DNA of 64,000 bases from Escherichia coli (GTDB lineage: Bacteria; Pseudomonadota; Gammaproteobacteria; Enterobacterales; Enterobacteriaceae): assembly GCF_024700885.2 (NCBI RefSeq), contig NZ_CP117016.1; one strand, written 5' to 3'. The notes beneath the pieces are model-generated. The model made no database searches and had not been told where the DNA came from. It saw only the letters and a program-made list of their open reading frames with translations. Position numbers and translations under genes: made by a program. This document shows positions 40,872 to 52,733 of the stretch, piece after piece; within the stretch, counting starts at the first letter, position 1; each line of letters begins with the position of its first letter.

Positions 40872-42626
40872 TTATAAAAACGCGTCGCACTCGTCTGTTG
40901 TTATTGCGTTAGTCTGCGTTACTCCCTTAACTTTCCGCGTAATATATTCATGTCCGTAAACTTTCGCGGCTGGCTTCATAGCCTTGCCAAAGTCATTTAC
41001 GTTTAGCGGTTTGCTCCTGCCTGCGTACGCCATAAACGCCAGATAGACGCGGTAAAGGCTGTTTCTGGTCGTGTACTTCACTGAATCGCCACCGCCGCCC
41101 ATCATCAGGCCGCGTGCTTCCTCCAGAAAATTCAGGAACTGGCAAAACTCAATAACCGGATCCGTCTGTTGCTTTATTGCCAGAGCTTCATCACCGTCAC
41201 GCTGTTCCAGTAGTAAAGCCCGTGCCTTCTCAGGGTCGGTAAAGTTCGCCAGCAATCGGCGGATAATGACAGGGATTTCAGCCGCGATCTTTTCCGGTAG
41301 CTCCCTGTCTTTTTCGGCCTCACTGACGATATTGTCGAAACGGAAAATCACGCGACGACGTGCCACACCTCCGGCCCGTTCGGTGAATATCATCGGGTTA
41401 TTGTTGGTCGCCAGCACCACCGCCCTGATTACCGCCGTGAAACGCTTTTCGTATTTCGGGTTAATTTCCACGGGGTCACCGCCCGTGATTTTCTTGATGC
41501 CCGTTCCTTCGCCTGTATATTTCGGCTGGTCAGCCAGGACGATAAGACGACTCCCGACAACCTGCGCACGTCCACCAGCATCATCAAGCGATGTCATTTC
41601 AGCGCTTACCGTGTTCTGTTTCCCTGCCAGAAGGCTGGCTATGTGTGTGAATGTACTTTTACCGCTCCCGCCGTCTCCGGTGGCCTCAATAAACATCTGC
41701 CAGTCGTACCGGTTCGCCATAATCATGTACAGCGCGGCACATATACGCATCATCTTGCGCGGGTCTTTTCCGGCTGCGTGCTCAAGCCATTTATGAAAGT
41801 TTGGCGCGTTATCGCGGATGTTCTCCCCTGGTGCTGGTGGCGTGTACTCAATGCCGTTGTGCGTGGTGATCCAGTTCTCCGGCGTGTGCGGGGAAAATTC
41901 CCCCGTTTTCAGGTCAAGCGCACCATTGGCGAACGGCAACAAATCGCCGGACGGCTCGCCCATTGGTTCGGCAATAACTTTTAACGCTTCCACGGCGTTA
42001 TTGATTACGCGCTTGCTGAAAGTGGCCCTGTGCTCTGAATAGATCGCCACCATTTCGCGGCTAAGTTCCATTGTGCTGACCGGACACCATACCCCGCCGC
42101 GCCATACGTGAACGATTTCACTTTCAGGATGTACGCAAACGCCATCAAAGCGATCGGCAAGCAGTTGCGCGCGCTCACTGTCCGCCATCTGCGAAAGTTG
42201 CGCCTTTTGCTTTACCGGAAGCTCAATGACCAGACCATCAGAAAGATTCTGGCGCTCACGGGCCAGATATTCGCGCCAGTTCTCCACCTTCTGACCGTGC
42301 ATACCATCAGGGTAAAAATTTGCATCCTGTACGCCTGCCGCCGCCAGCTTCTGACCAATCGCCTTTATCATTACTGGCGCAAGATATCCGGCCCTGAATA
42401 TGCGCACGGATTTTCTGCCTTCCGGCACAATTTGCAGCTTATCCAGTTCGGATAACTGCTGCTCCCCAAGCCACACAGGAGGCTCATTATCTCCGGCCAT
42501 ACGCGCGTCATGTTCCTGCCATTGTTTTGCGTGTGACCAGGCATCACTACCCGCAAAAATAATGACTTCTGTTTCTTTGTGTTTTATGCCGCGTGACTGC
42601 TGTTTTACGTTCGGTGCCAGTTTCAT
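40872..42626 (-). CDS. replication protein: primase/helicase (P4-alpha / D5-like)
   Basis: 584-aa ORF with Walker A GDGGSGKST. Confidence 0.8.
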   Translation of the reverse strand: MKLAPNVKQQSRGIKHKETEVIIFAGSDAWSHAKQWQEHDARMAGDNEPPVWLGEQQLSELDKLQIVPEGRKSVRIFRAGYLAPVMIKAIGQKLAAAGVQDANFYPDGMHGQKVENWREYLARERQNLSDGLVIELPVKQKAQLSQMADSERAQLLADRFDGVCVHPESEIVHVWRGGVWCPVSTMELSREMVAIYSEHRATFSKRVINNAVEALKVIAEPMGEPSGDLLPFANGALDLKTGEFSPHTPENWITTHNGIEYTPPAPGENIRDNAPNFHKWLEHAAGKDPRKMMRICAALYMIMANRYDWQMFIEATGDGGSGKSTFTHIASLLAGKQNTVSAEMTSLDDAGGRAQVVGSRLIVLADQPKYTGEGTGIKKITGGDPVEINPKYEKRFTAVIRAVVLATNNNPMIFTERAGGVARRRVIFRFDNIVSEAEKDRELPEKIAAEIPVIIRRLLANFTDPEKARALLLEQRDGDEALAIKQQTDPVIEFCQFLNFLEEARGLMMGGGGDSVKYTTRNSLYRVYLAFMAYAGRSKPLNVNDFGKAMKPAAKVYGHEYITRKVKGVTQTNAITTDECDAFL

Positions 42627-42922
42627 TTTTTACCCCTGAATCCGTTAATCATGGTTTTCAGCTTCTGGATGTTTGCCCGTGCCCTGGCGTTGCTGGTGGA
42701 CACGTTATGCGGCGCGGTCTGTACCAGAGAAAAATCACGCCGGAACTGATAAACAGGCATCACGCAATCATATTCGTAACCTTCACGGCGGTAGGTTACG
42801 CGCCGTTCTTCCACGCCCTTAATCATTACCGTGCCGCCGTACTGGTCGCGGTAAATATCGCCGCGCGTAAATTTAGGGTGAGTGTTGCCACTGGCAGTTA
42901 AGCCAGAATATTTAAGTTTCAT
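42623..42922 (-). CDS. hypothetical protein
   Basis: 99-aa ORF; stop overlaps primase start (ATGA). Confidence 0.55.
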   Translation of the reverse strand: MKLKYSGLTASGNTHPKFTRGDIYRDQYGGTVMIKGVEERRVTYRREGYEYDCVMPVYQFRRDFSLVQTAPHNVSTSNARARANIQKLKTMINGFRGKK

Positions 42923-42927
42923 TATTT

Positions 42928-43161
42928 TTATTCTCCGGTGTGCTGTTCTTTATATCTGTCGTGCAATAGATCTATTTCTTGCAGTTCCATTATTACAGGC
43001 TCAAGAAGCGTTATTAATGCCGTGGCAATTCTTGATTTTTGTTTGTCGCGTTCATTGTCGCCAAGTGTTTCAAGCCATATGCGCAATATTTCCAGCATGT
43101 TTTCACTGTGAGAAAGTGCAAGAAATGCGCGGTCTATTGTTTCGTGGTAAATATCACGCAT
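42928..43161 (-). CDS. hypothetical protein
   Basis: 77-aa ORF in a tightly packed same-strand operon. Confidence 0.5.
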   Translation of the reverse strand: MRDIYHETIDRAFLALSHSENMLEILRIWLETLGDNERDKQKSRIATALITLLEPVIMELQEIDLLHDRYKEQHTGE

Positions 43162-43387
43162 GGCTTACATCCTCAGGAAATTTTCTTCTATAACGCGCCT
43201 CTGCCACATATTCCGCATAATCGGCGGCGATATTCAGTACATCAAGCCCCGTTGATTTATATTCTCTCGTGGAAAGTAAGAAAAAAGCCGCTCTAATAAG
43301 TTCTGGCATTGACGAAAGCGCATCAGCCGCATCATCAGGAACGCCGGAAAATTCCTGTTTCAGGGAATTAAAACGATCATCACGCAT
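43154..43387 (-). CDS. hypothetical protein
   Basis: 77-aa ORF with 8-nt overlap to the next gene. Confidence 0.5.
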   Translation of the reverse strand: MRDDRFNSLKQEFSGVPDDAADALSSMPELIRAAFFLLSTREYKSTGLDVLNIAADYAEYVAEARYRRKFPEDVSHA

Positions 43388-43745
43388 GTTTACCCCCCTG
43401 AATGACCTGATAACCGCAACTGGTCAGCAACTCGATAAATTCCGGCAGTGTGCCGAAACAGCAATCATCACGCAGCCGTTCACAGGATACCTCGACGCCG
43501 TTTTCGTAGTGACTCACCATACATCCGGTAAAATGCAGATCATCATCGTGATGGCTCGTTGACGGCTTAATCAGTCGCGCACGTTCCGCCAGTTCCAGCA
43601 ATGCTTCAACGCTTCCGGCAATTGCACCATCCGGCAGGTGATAATTACGCACTATGCGCCCGTTCTCCACATTGACCAGCAACTGCCCGGTAAATTTCTC
43701 ATCAAACTGAATGCTGTTAAGGTCAGAAATTGACAGATTATGCAT
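43380..43745 (-). CDS. hypothetical protein
   Basis: ~121 aa from MHNLSISDL; Cys-containing. Confidence 0.5.
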   Translation of the reverse strand: MHNLSISDLNSIQFDEKFTGQLLVNVENGRIVRNYHLPDGAIAGSVEALLELAERARLIKPSTSHHDDDLHFTGCMVSHYENGVEVSCERLRDDCCFGTLPEFIELLTSCGYQVIQGGKHA

Positions 43746-43962
43746 GGTGCACCTCCTGCACATCAGCCATGATAATTTTTCCGGCCTTATCCAGTGCCTG
43801 ATCGGCTTTTAGCTGCACAAATGCTAAATAATGGAAGATGCATTCTGATTCTCTGGCTGCGTGTTTATGCGCCCTGTCAGCAATAACAGAAATATCAATA
43901 AGCGCGTGCATCAGCGTAGTGAGCGCGGCGGCGGCTGCGTCCGGTGTGGTTTTATTGCACAT
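43738..43962 (-). CDS. hypothetical protein
   Basis: ~74 aa from an internal Met of the 92-aa track ORF; start uncertain. Confidence 0.4.
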   Translation of the reverse strand: MCNKTTPDAAAAALTTLMHALIDISVIADRAHKHAARESECIFHYLAFVQLKADQALDKAGKIIMADVQEVHHA

Positions 43963-44182
43963 GTACCCCTCCGCATTTTTTTTCGTTAGAAATAAGCGTT
44001 CTTCTTTCCTGTTCATCGCTCAGGAATACGCAGACCTCACCGCTAAGGCGTTTAAGTAAGCCGATGATTGCCCCTGATTCGCTGTCGGTCATCATGCCAG
44101 GGTAATCCTCTGCCAGTGCGCAAATAACTTCGATTTGGTGGGCGCGTTCTGCTGCCTGTTGTAGTGTGATTTCCTGGCTCAT
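43952..44182 (-). CDS. hypothetical protein
   Basis: 76-aa ORF. Confidence 0.5.
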   Translation of the reverse strand: MSQEITLQQAAERAHQIEVICALAEDYPGMMTDSESGAIIGLLKRLSGEVCVFLSDEQERRTLISNEKKCGGVHVQ

Positions 44183-44379
44183 AAGCCTACCCCCTGACGA
44201 ATACGGGCAGCAAATACCATCACGCAGCCAGCCGGAGATTGCTGGCGTGCTTCCTGTTCGCTGGTGGCCTCAATGGTAATCACGCGCGGTTGTGCCGTGC
44301 TCAGGGCGATAAAACGCCAGATGTATTTATTCAGGTTGTGCGAGTCCCGCCCTTGCGGGTGTGTGGTATGATTTCTCAT
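44179..44379 (-). CDS. hypothetical protein (possible first gene of early operon)
   Basis: 66 codons from the last Met of the long track ORF; GAGGT RBS 4 nt upstream; stop overlaps the next start. Confidence 0.35.
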   Translation of the reverse strand: MRNHTTHPQGRDSHNLNKYIWRFIALSTAQPRVITIEATSEQEARQQSPAGCVMVFAARIRQGVGL

Positions 44380-44475
44380 AGCTACCTCGATACTTTCGCT
44401 ATCGTTGGTGGTTAGAAGCCCGGTTAGTGTTAGCGCACTGCCGGGTTTCGTCGTTTCTGCACCTTGCGCCAACAA

Positions 44476-44549
44476 GGTGTTGAACACCAATTTAAACCCA
44501 GGTGTTAAACACGTCAAGTGTTGAACACTTATTTTTTTTCCTGCATACT
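44476..44549. promoter_or_regulatory. divergent control region with three 13-bp palindromic operators and a sigma70-like promoter
   Basis: ggtgttgaacacc (44476-44488), ggtgttaaacacg (44501-44513), agtgttgaacact (44517-44529); ttgaac -35 and catact -10 with 17-bp spacer. Confidence 0.6.
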
Positions 44550-44578
44550 GCATTTGTTTTTTATGAGGGGTACACCAC

Positions 44579-44758
44579 ATGGCGACAAAAGCGGTAAACG
44601 CAAAATCACAAACCGTTGCGGCAAGGGTTCCGCATGAAGTTATGAACAATGTTGAGGCGGTAAAAATGCCTGGCGAAAGTACGGGGCAATTTGTTACTGC
44701 GGCATTAAAACGAGAAGTTGAATATCGCCAGCGGCGCAAGGCCAAAGAACCAGAGTAA
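44579..44758 (+). CDS. small DNA-binding protein, probable ribbon-helix-helix regulator
   Basis: Hand-translated 59-aa ORF MATKAVNAKSQTVAARVPHEVMNNVEAVKMPGESTGQFVTAALKREVEYRQRRKAKEPE; gagggg RBS 8 nt upstream. Confidence 0.55.
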   Translation: MATKAVNAKSQTVAARVPHEVMNNVEAVKMPGESTGQFVTAALKREVEYRQRRKAKEPE

Positions 44759-45084
44759 TCACCATCAGCGCCGTGGTGTAAGGTATTACGGCGCATTGCT
44801 ATGCAGGACAACACAATGACCGATAAAGAATTGACCAAAACATTATCACCGGCACGGAAAAGACGGCGCAGAAAGATAGAGCATGAATCAGAAAGATTCG
44901 CGCCATGTGCTTTTGCCCTTGAGCAATTCCTTAAAGAGTACAGGGAAAAGCGCTCATTGCAGGTATGGCAACGAACTGAACCAGACTGATTGCATTGCCC
45001 ACCAGCCTGATAACGGCTATCATCCCCGTGCTTATGTTTGGGATCACACACACAAACGGCGCAGCGGGTTATCTGTTCAGAAAG

Positions 45085-45112
45085 GCGGCTCCATTTCGGG
45101 GCCGCTTTTTTT
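45085..45112 (+). terminator. intrinsic terminator
   Basis: Hairpin gcggctcc…ggggccgc followed by T7. Confidence 0.6.
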
Positions 45113-45258
45113 ATACCTGAAAAACCCCAATTTTGTTGTTTTTCAGTTTCACCAGGGCGAACGAATCCCCGCCCACGTTCTGGCGTATATTCAATCTTCA
45201 TGGTTATAGCTCTGTGTTCAGATGATTGATGTGTGGCGGCTGCGTGCCGCCAGCGTGA

Positions 45259-45528
45259 TTAATGAACTGCCTTGCAGCTATCCTTCCAGGCCAGAACCTC
45301 GGATAAAGACCAGCCAACGGAACGACCGCCAAGTTTACGACGTGATGGGAATTGTCCGGCCTTTTCCAGGCGGTAGCGACACGTACGGCTAAGGCCGGTT
45401 AGTTTTTCGCATTCTTTTTCACGTATAAACCGATCAGTGCTTAACACTATTGCCCCCCTTTCGTTTCTTAAAGAGTCATCAGGTGTCTTATTGTGTCGTA
45501 TTGTTCCCGCTAGAGTGATGAATGGCAA
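45259..45528 (-). CDS. alpA: AlpA-family transcriptional regulator / excisionase-like
   Basis: C-terminal …LTGLSRTCRYRLEKAGQFPSRRKLGGRSVGW… HTH typical of AlpA; true start probably internal. Confidence 0.7.
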   Translation of the reverse strand: MPFITLAGTIRHNKTPDDSLRNERGAIVLSTDRFIREKECEKLTGLSRTCRYRLEKAGQFPSRRKLGGRSVGWSLSEVLAWKDSCKAVH

Positions 45529-45720
45529 ATACTGAGGATGTATGATTTACAGAAAATGAAACAGTAAGAATAAAATTTTTTAAATTCATGTTAATACAAA
45601 GGCATAAAATATTGTTCCATGCCTTTTTTCTCGCTCTTTAAAGAGTGATTCGCTAGTGTACAAAAAACCAGTAACGCATTAAAAATCAGCTACTTATAAA
45701 TCCGTACGCTTTTTCGCCTC

Positions 45721-45760
45721 TTGTTCGTAGTTGTTCCACATTGTTGCTCATTGTTGCACG
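45721..45760. repeat. internal copy of ACAACGTGnAACAA motif (reverse orientation) upstream of alpA
   Basis: Reverse complement reads acaacgtgcaacaatgagcaacaatgtggaacaactacgaacaa. Confidence 0.55.
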
Positions 45761-45812
45761 TTGTATCTGTTCGCATATCCAGTATGCGCATACTGAAAAA
45801 ACACGAAAAAAA

Positions 45813-47042
45813 TTATTTTCTTCTGGCTACGGGTAGCGTGGTTACGTTTTCATGTGTTCCCGCCAGTATCCCTAACCGCTCCGTCCACATATCCAGCGCA
45901 TTGCGTTTCGCATCCAGATAACGGGAATGATTATAAACTCGCTGCATTCCTGGCATCTGGTGGCCTGTAAGCTGCTCCACGACATGCGGATCAACGCCTA
46001 AATCGTTCAGCATGGTTGTAAAGGTGCGCCGGATGTCATGCAGTGACCAGTGAGGGTGATTAAGCCTCCTGTACGCTAATCTTCCATACTGCGATACGCT
46101 GGCCTCCTGTTTCACTTCCCCCAGCAATAAGCCCGTGTGCCTGTTCTGCTCCACCAGCTGCGTGACGAACGGCAGGATCGCTTCCGGTATGGGCCGGAAT
46201 ATTGCGACCTTCGTTTTGCTGTGCTCCTTCGGAACGGTCCATAGCATTTCCGTAAAATCCCACTCCCCGATCTCCGATAACCTCAGTTCTACCGTTCTGG
46301 CTCCGAAGACAATCAGGAGGCGGATTAACGCGACGTAGTAAGGGGAGAATATTTTTTTGTCCAGTGCCTGCAATAATTCGCCAAGTTCTTTGTTACTTAA
46401 GACACGTTCGCTTATATCCGGTTTTTTCCCAACGTCCGCAACGTTCAGATCGTCCAGAACGTTGCTGATTGCATAGCGCCGCCTACGGCAGAACTTAAGC
46501 GCCTGTTTGCACGCCTGTAGCACGAATCCGGCAGTAACAGGCGTTCGCTTTGCCACCTGGTCAAAACAGGCCAGCCAGTGCCGTAGCTCGCATTTATCCA
46601 GCGGCATAGCACCAATCTGCTGTATTACGTGATTATTAAGTCGCCTTTTCAGGGCGATATAATCCACGCGGTTTTCCTTTACGTAATACTCAAGCCAGTA
46701 GGTGAGCGCATCGCCAACCGTTACGGGCTTTAACGCTTCCTGTACGGTGTAATTCATCTCATGACGTGGATTTTTCCCCTCAGCCAGCCATGTGCGACAC
46801 TGTGCGGCTTTTTCCCTGGCTGCTTTCAGGCTCAGATCAGGATAACTTCCCAGCTTAATGCGTTCGGGTCGTGTCTCCCTTCCCGTTCCGGCCCTGTATG
46901 TGAAATACCAGGTCAATTTCCCTGATGTTAAATATTTCACGCTCAGGTTTCCGCCATCACTATAAAACGTGTTTTTCTCCGCTGGCTTACCATGAAGTTT
47001 CCTTAGCAAGGTATCGCTCAGTTTGTTCATTGCTCTGCTCAC
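45813..47042 (-). CDS. int: tyrosine recombinase / integrase
   Basis: 409 aa with C-terminal catalytic region (HDIRRT…RVYNHSRY); adjacent to attR. Confidence 0.9.
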   Translation of the reverse strand: MSRAMNKLSDTLLRKLHGKPAEKNTFYSDGGNLSVKYLTSGKLTWYFTYRAGTGRETRPERIKLGSYPDLSLKAAREKAAQCRTWLAEGKNPRHEMNYTVQEALKPVTVGDALTYWLEYYVKENRVDYIALKRRLNNHVIQQIGAMPLDKCELRHWLACFDQVAKRTPVTAGFVLQACKQALKFCRRRRYAISNVLDDLNVADVGKKPDISERVLSNKELGELLQALDKKIFSPYYVALIRLLIVFGARTVELRLSEIGEWDFTEMLWTVPKEHSKTKVAIFRPIPEAILPFVTQLVEQNRHTGLLLGEVKQEASVSQYGRLAYRRLNHPHWSLHDIRRTFTTMLNDLGVDPHVVEQLTGHQMPGMQRVYNHSRYLDAKRNALDMWTERLGILAGTHENVTTLPVARRK

Positions 47043-47066
47043 GTTTTACCCCCTCTTTACGAAAAA

Positions 47067-47135
47067 GTGACTACACCAGTGACTACACCGATCGTTGCAC
47101 AAAGGGCTACAACGTGAAACAAGCTGGAACAAGGA
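47067..47135 (+). repeat. right-end arm repeat (gtgactacacc x2 then acaacgtgaaacaa)
   Basis: Matches 32037-32100; lies between int and attR. Confidence 0.7.
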
Positions 47136-47217
47136 AAATCACAAATCTATTGATAATCAAAAACATAATGCACAGCCTGAAACATTATGAAACAGCAAAA
47201 AACACTAAATGATAAAA

Positions 47218-47226
47218 TGCTGTTAT
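47218..47226. repeat. attR core (tgctgttat)
   Basis: Direct repeat of 31955-31963. Confidence 0.7.
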
Positions 47227-48124
47227 TCTTAACCCGCTGGTGCAACACATGGTCCGCTGGCGTGTGCCGCGTGTACTGGCAGTGTCGATTTTGATGACCA
47301 TCATCGTGATGGCGATGGTGTTGCTGTTAGCTTATCTGGGTTCCGCACTCAACGAGTTGACGCGGACGTTACCGCAATATCGCAACTCTATTATGACGCC
47401 GCTGCAAGCTCTTGAACCGTTGTTGCAACGCGTAGGGATTGACGTCTCAGTTGACCAACTGGCGCATTACATTGATCCGAACGCGGCGATGACGTTGCTC
47501 ACCAACTTATTGACGCAGTTATCTAATGCCATGTCATCAATCTTTTTATTGCTGCTGACGGTGCTGTTTATGCTGCTCGAAGTGCCACAATTGCCCGGAA
47601 AATTTCAGCAAATGATGGCGCGTCCGGTTGAAGGGATGGCGGCGATTCAGCGTGCGATTGACAGTGTGTCTCATTATCTGGTGCTGAAAACAGCCATCAG
47701 CATCATCACCGGCCTGGTCGCCTGGGCGATGCTCGCCGCACTCGATGTTCGCTTCGCTTTTGTCTGGGGATTGCTGGCCTTTGCGCTTAATTACATCCCG
47801 AATATTGGTTCAGTTCTCGCGGCAATCCCCCCTATTGCTCAGGTACTGGTGTTTAATGGCTTCTACGAAGCGTTGCTGGTGCTGGCGGGATATCTGCTGA
47901 TTAATCTGGTCTTCGGCAATATTCTGGAGCCACGCATCATGGGGCGTGGGCTGGGGCTTTCCACATTGGTGGTATTTTTGTCGTTGATTTTTTGGGGATG
48001 GTTGTTAGGACCGGTGGGTATGCTGCTTTCCGTGCCGTTGACAATTATTGTCAAAATTGCGCTTGAACAAACAGCGGGAGGTCAAAGCATCGCCGTTCTG
48101 TTAAGCGATCTCAATAAAGAGTGA
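47218..48124 (+). pseudogene. tqsA: tqsA 3' portion, separated from its start and promoter
   Basis: In-frame continuation …[16 protein letters not shown]…; track ORF 47240-48124 (GTG start) covers the C-terminal 294 aa. Confidence 0.85.
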
Positions 48125-48148
48125 CGGCCTCCGCAGAGGCCGTCAGGG

Positions 48149-49540
<1,392 letters not shown>

Positions 49541-49547
49541 TTACCCC

Positions 49548-51143
<1,596 letters not shown>

Positions 51144-51603
51144 TCATGTACGAGCTAAATGTTACTCCGTTAAAATAAATTAGTAACAAACGCCCTATAA
51201 CGTACTGAAAATTATGCCTGTGATCTAGCGCCAAAAATCAGTATTTCGGCGTGAACTCGCAAAATATTAACGATTCAGCCGTGATAGTGGGATAAACACC
51301 TTAGAACGGCGGATAAAGACTGATAATTGTCTTCGGCGGTCGGGTAAAACGAGACATCGCCCCGGCACGAATCACTACTTAACATTAAATTAACTTATAC
51401 AATTCAGTTGCTTCAGTAGTAATGATGCTGATACGGCTGTTTTTTAAGCATAGACGGTCATTTGAGCAGGATTAAAATTGGCTTAAGGAATGTGATATGA
51501 AAAATGACGCAGACAGTTACACCGTTTAAATGCAATAATCAGCCACGTTTCTCGTTAATAACAATACCAGTACCTGGTTTGCGCAAGGCGAAGGATTATT
51601 TTT

Positions 51604-52548
51604 ATGAAGCTTAAGAACACCCTCCTGGCGTCGGCACTGCTTTCTGCTACGGCATTCTCCGTTAACGCAGCAACAGAACTGACACCGGAGCAAGCGGCAG
51701 CGGTTAAACCTTTTGACCGTGTAGTGGTTACCGGTCGTTTTAATGCTATTGGCGAAGCGGTGAAAGCCGTTTCTCGTCGCGCAGATAAAGAAGGTGCCGC
51801 CTCTTTTTATGTTGTCGACACTTCTGATTTTGGTAACAGCGGTAACTGGCGTGTGGTCGCTGACCTCTATAAAGCCGATGCTGAAAAAGCAGAAGAAACA
51901 AGTAATCGCGTAATTAACGGTGTTGTCGAACTGCCGAAAGATCAGGCCGTTCTGATTGAACCGTTTGACACGGTCACCGTCCAGGGCTTCTATCGTAGCC
52001 AGCCAGAAGTCAATGATGCCATCACCAAAGCGGCAAAAGCGAAAGGTGCCTACTCTTTCTACATCGTTCGTCAAATCGATGCCAACCAGGGCGGCAACCA
52101 GCGTATTACTGCATTCATCTATAAAAAAGATGCTAAGAAACGTATCGTCCAGAGCCCGGATGTGATCCCGGCAGATTCCGAAGCAGGACGTGCAGCTCTG
52201 GCTGCCGGTGGCGAAGCTGCGAAGAAAGTTGAGATCCCGGGTGTTGCGACTACCGCATCACCAAGTTCTGAAGTCGGTCGCTTCTTTGAAACCCAGTCAT
52301 CAAAAGGCGGGCGTTACACCGTCACGCTCCCGGATGGCACTAAAGTCGAAGAACTGAACAAAGCGACCGCAGCGATGATGGTCCCGTTCGACAGCATCAA
52401 ATTCTCTGGCAACTACGGCAACATGACTGAAGTCTCCTATCAGGTTGCGAAACGTGCCGCGAAGAAAGGTGCTAAGTATTACCACATCACCCGCCAGTGG
52501 CAGGAACGTGGTAATAACCTGACCGTCAGCGCAGATCTGTATAAATAA
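51604..52548 (+). CDS. ydgH: periplasmic DUF1471-repeat protein
   Basis: 314-aa ORF with signal peptide and internal repeats. Confidence 0.88.
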   Translation: MKLKNTLLASALLSATAFSVNAATELTPEQAAAVKPFDRVVVTGRFNAIGEAVKAVSRRADKEGAASFYVVDTSDFGNSGNWRVVADLYKADAEKAEETSNRVINGVVELPKDQAVLIEPFDTVTVQGFYRSQPEVNDAITKAAKAKGAYSFYIVRQIDANQGGNQRITAFIYKKDAKKRIVQSPDVIPADSEAGRAALAAGGEAAKKVEIPGVATTASPSSEVGRFFETQSSKGGRYTVTLPDGTKVEELNKATAAMMVPFDSIKFSGNYGNMTEVSYQVAKRAAKKGAKYYHITRQWQERGNNLTVSADLYK

Positions 52549-52733
52549 CTATTCAGTTACTCCTATAAGGCGGCTTGATGCCGCCTTTCGCATTTTTAGT
52601 CACAAATTTCCCCGCGACCATTGCATGCAGACACATCTCTTCGTAAAATCCCGCGCTTCAGTGGCAAACTCCATTTTTATGCGTTTTGCCCTAATATTTA
52701 TTCTTCTTATCACGTTTTAATCACTGGATATCG

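Larger units (their letters stand above)
31955..47226 (-). mobile_element. integrative phage-satellite-like element (cf-PICI-like), ~15.3 kb, inserted in tqsA
   Basis: Split host gene; 9-bp direct repeat tgctgttat at 31955-31963 and 47218-47226; integrase at the right end; replication and head/packaging genes, no tail or lysis genes. Confidence 0.85.

Noticed and set aside
44419-44446. Hairpin cccgg…ccggg in the early-operon leader
   Set aside because: Short stem with no clear U-tract on either strand; could be a structure or binding site but cannot be called.
44179-45201. 340-aa minus-strand ORF spanning the switch region
   Set aside because: It runs antisense across the RHH gene, the divergent promoter/operators and a terminator, and its translation is Cys/His/Arg-rich and low-complexity; only its last ~66 codons (44179-44379) are kept as a tentative gene.
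31955-47226. Two tandem elements split near 39600
   Set aside because: The internal copy of the ACAACGTGnAACAA motif at ~39540 raised this, but there is only one integrase and one pair of att cores; the two halves are complementary replication and head modules.
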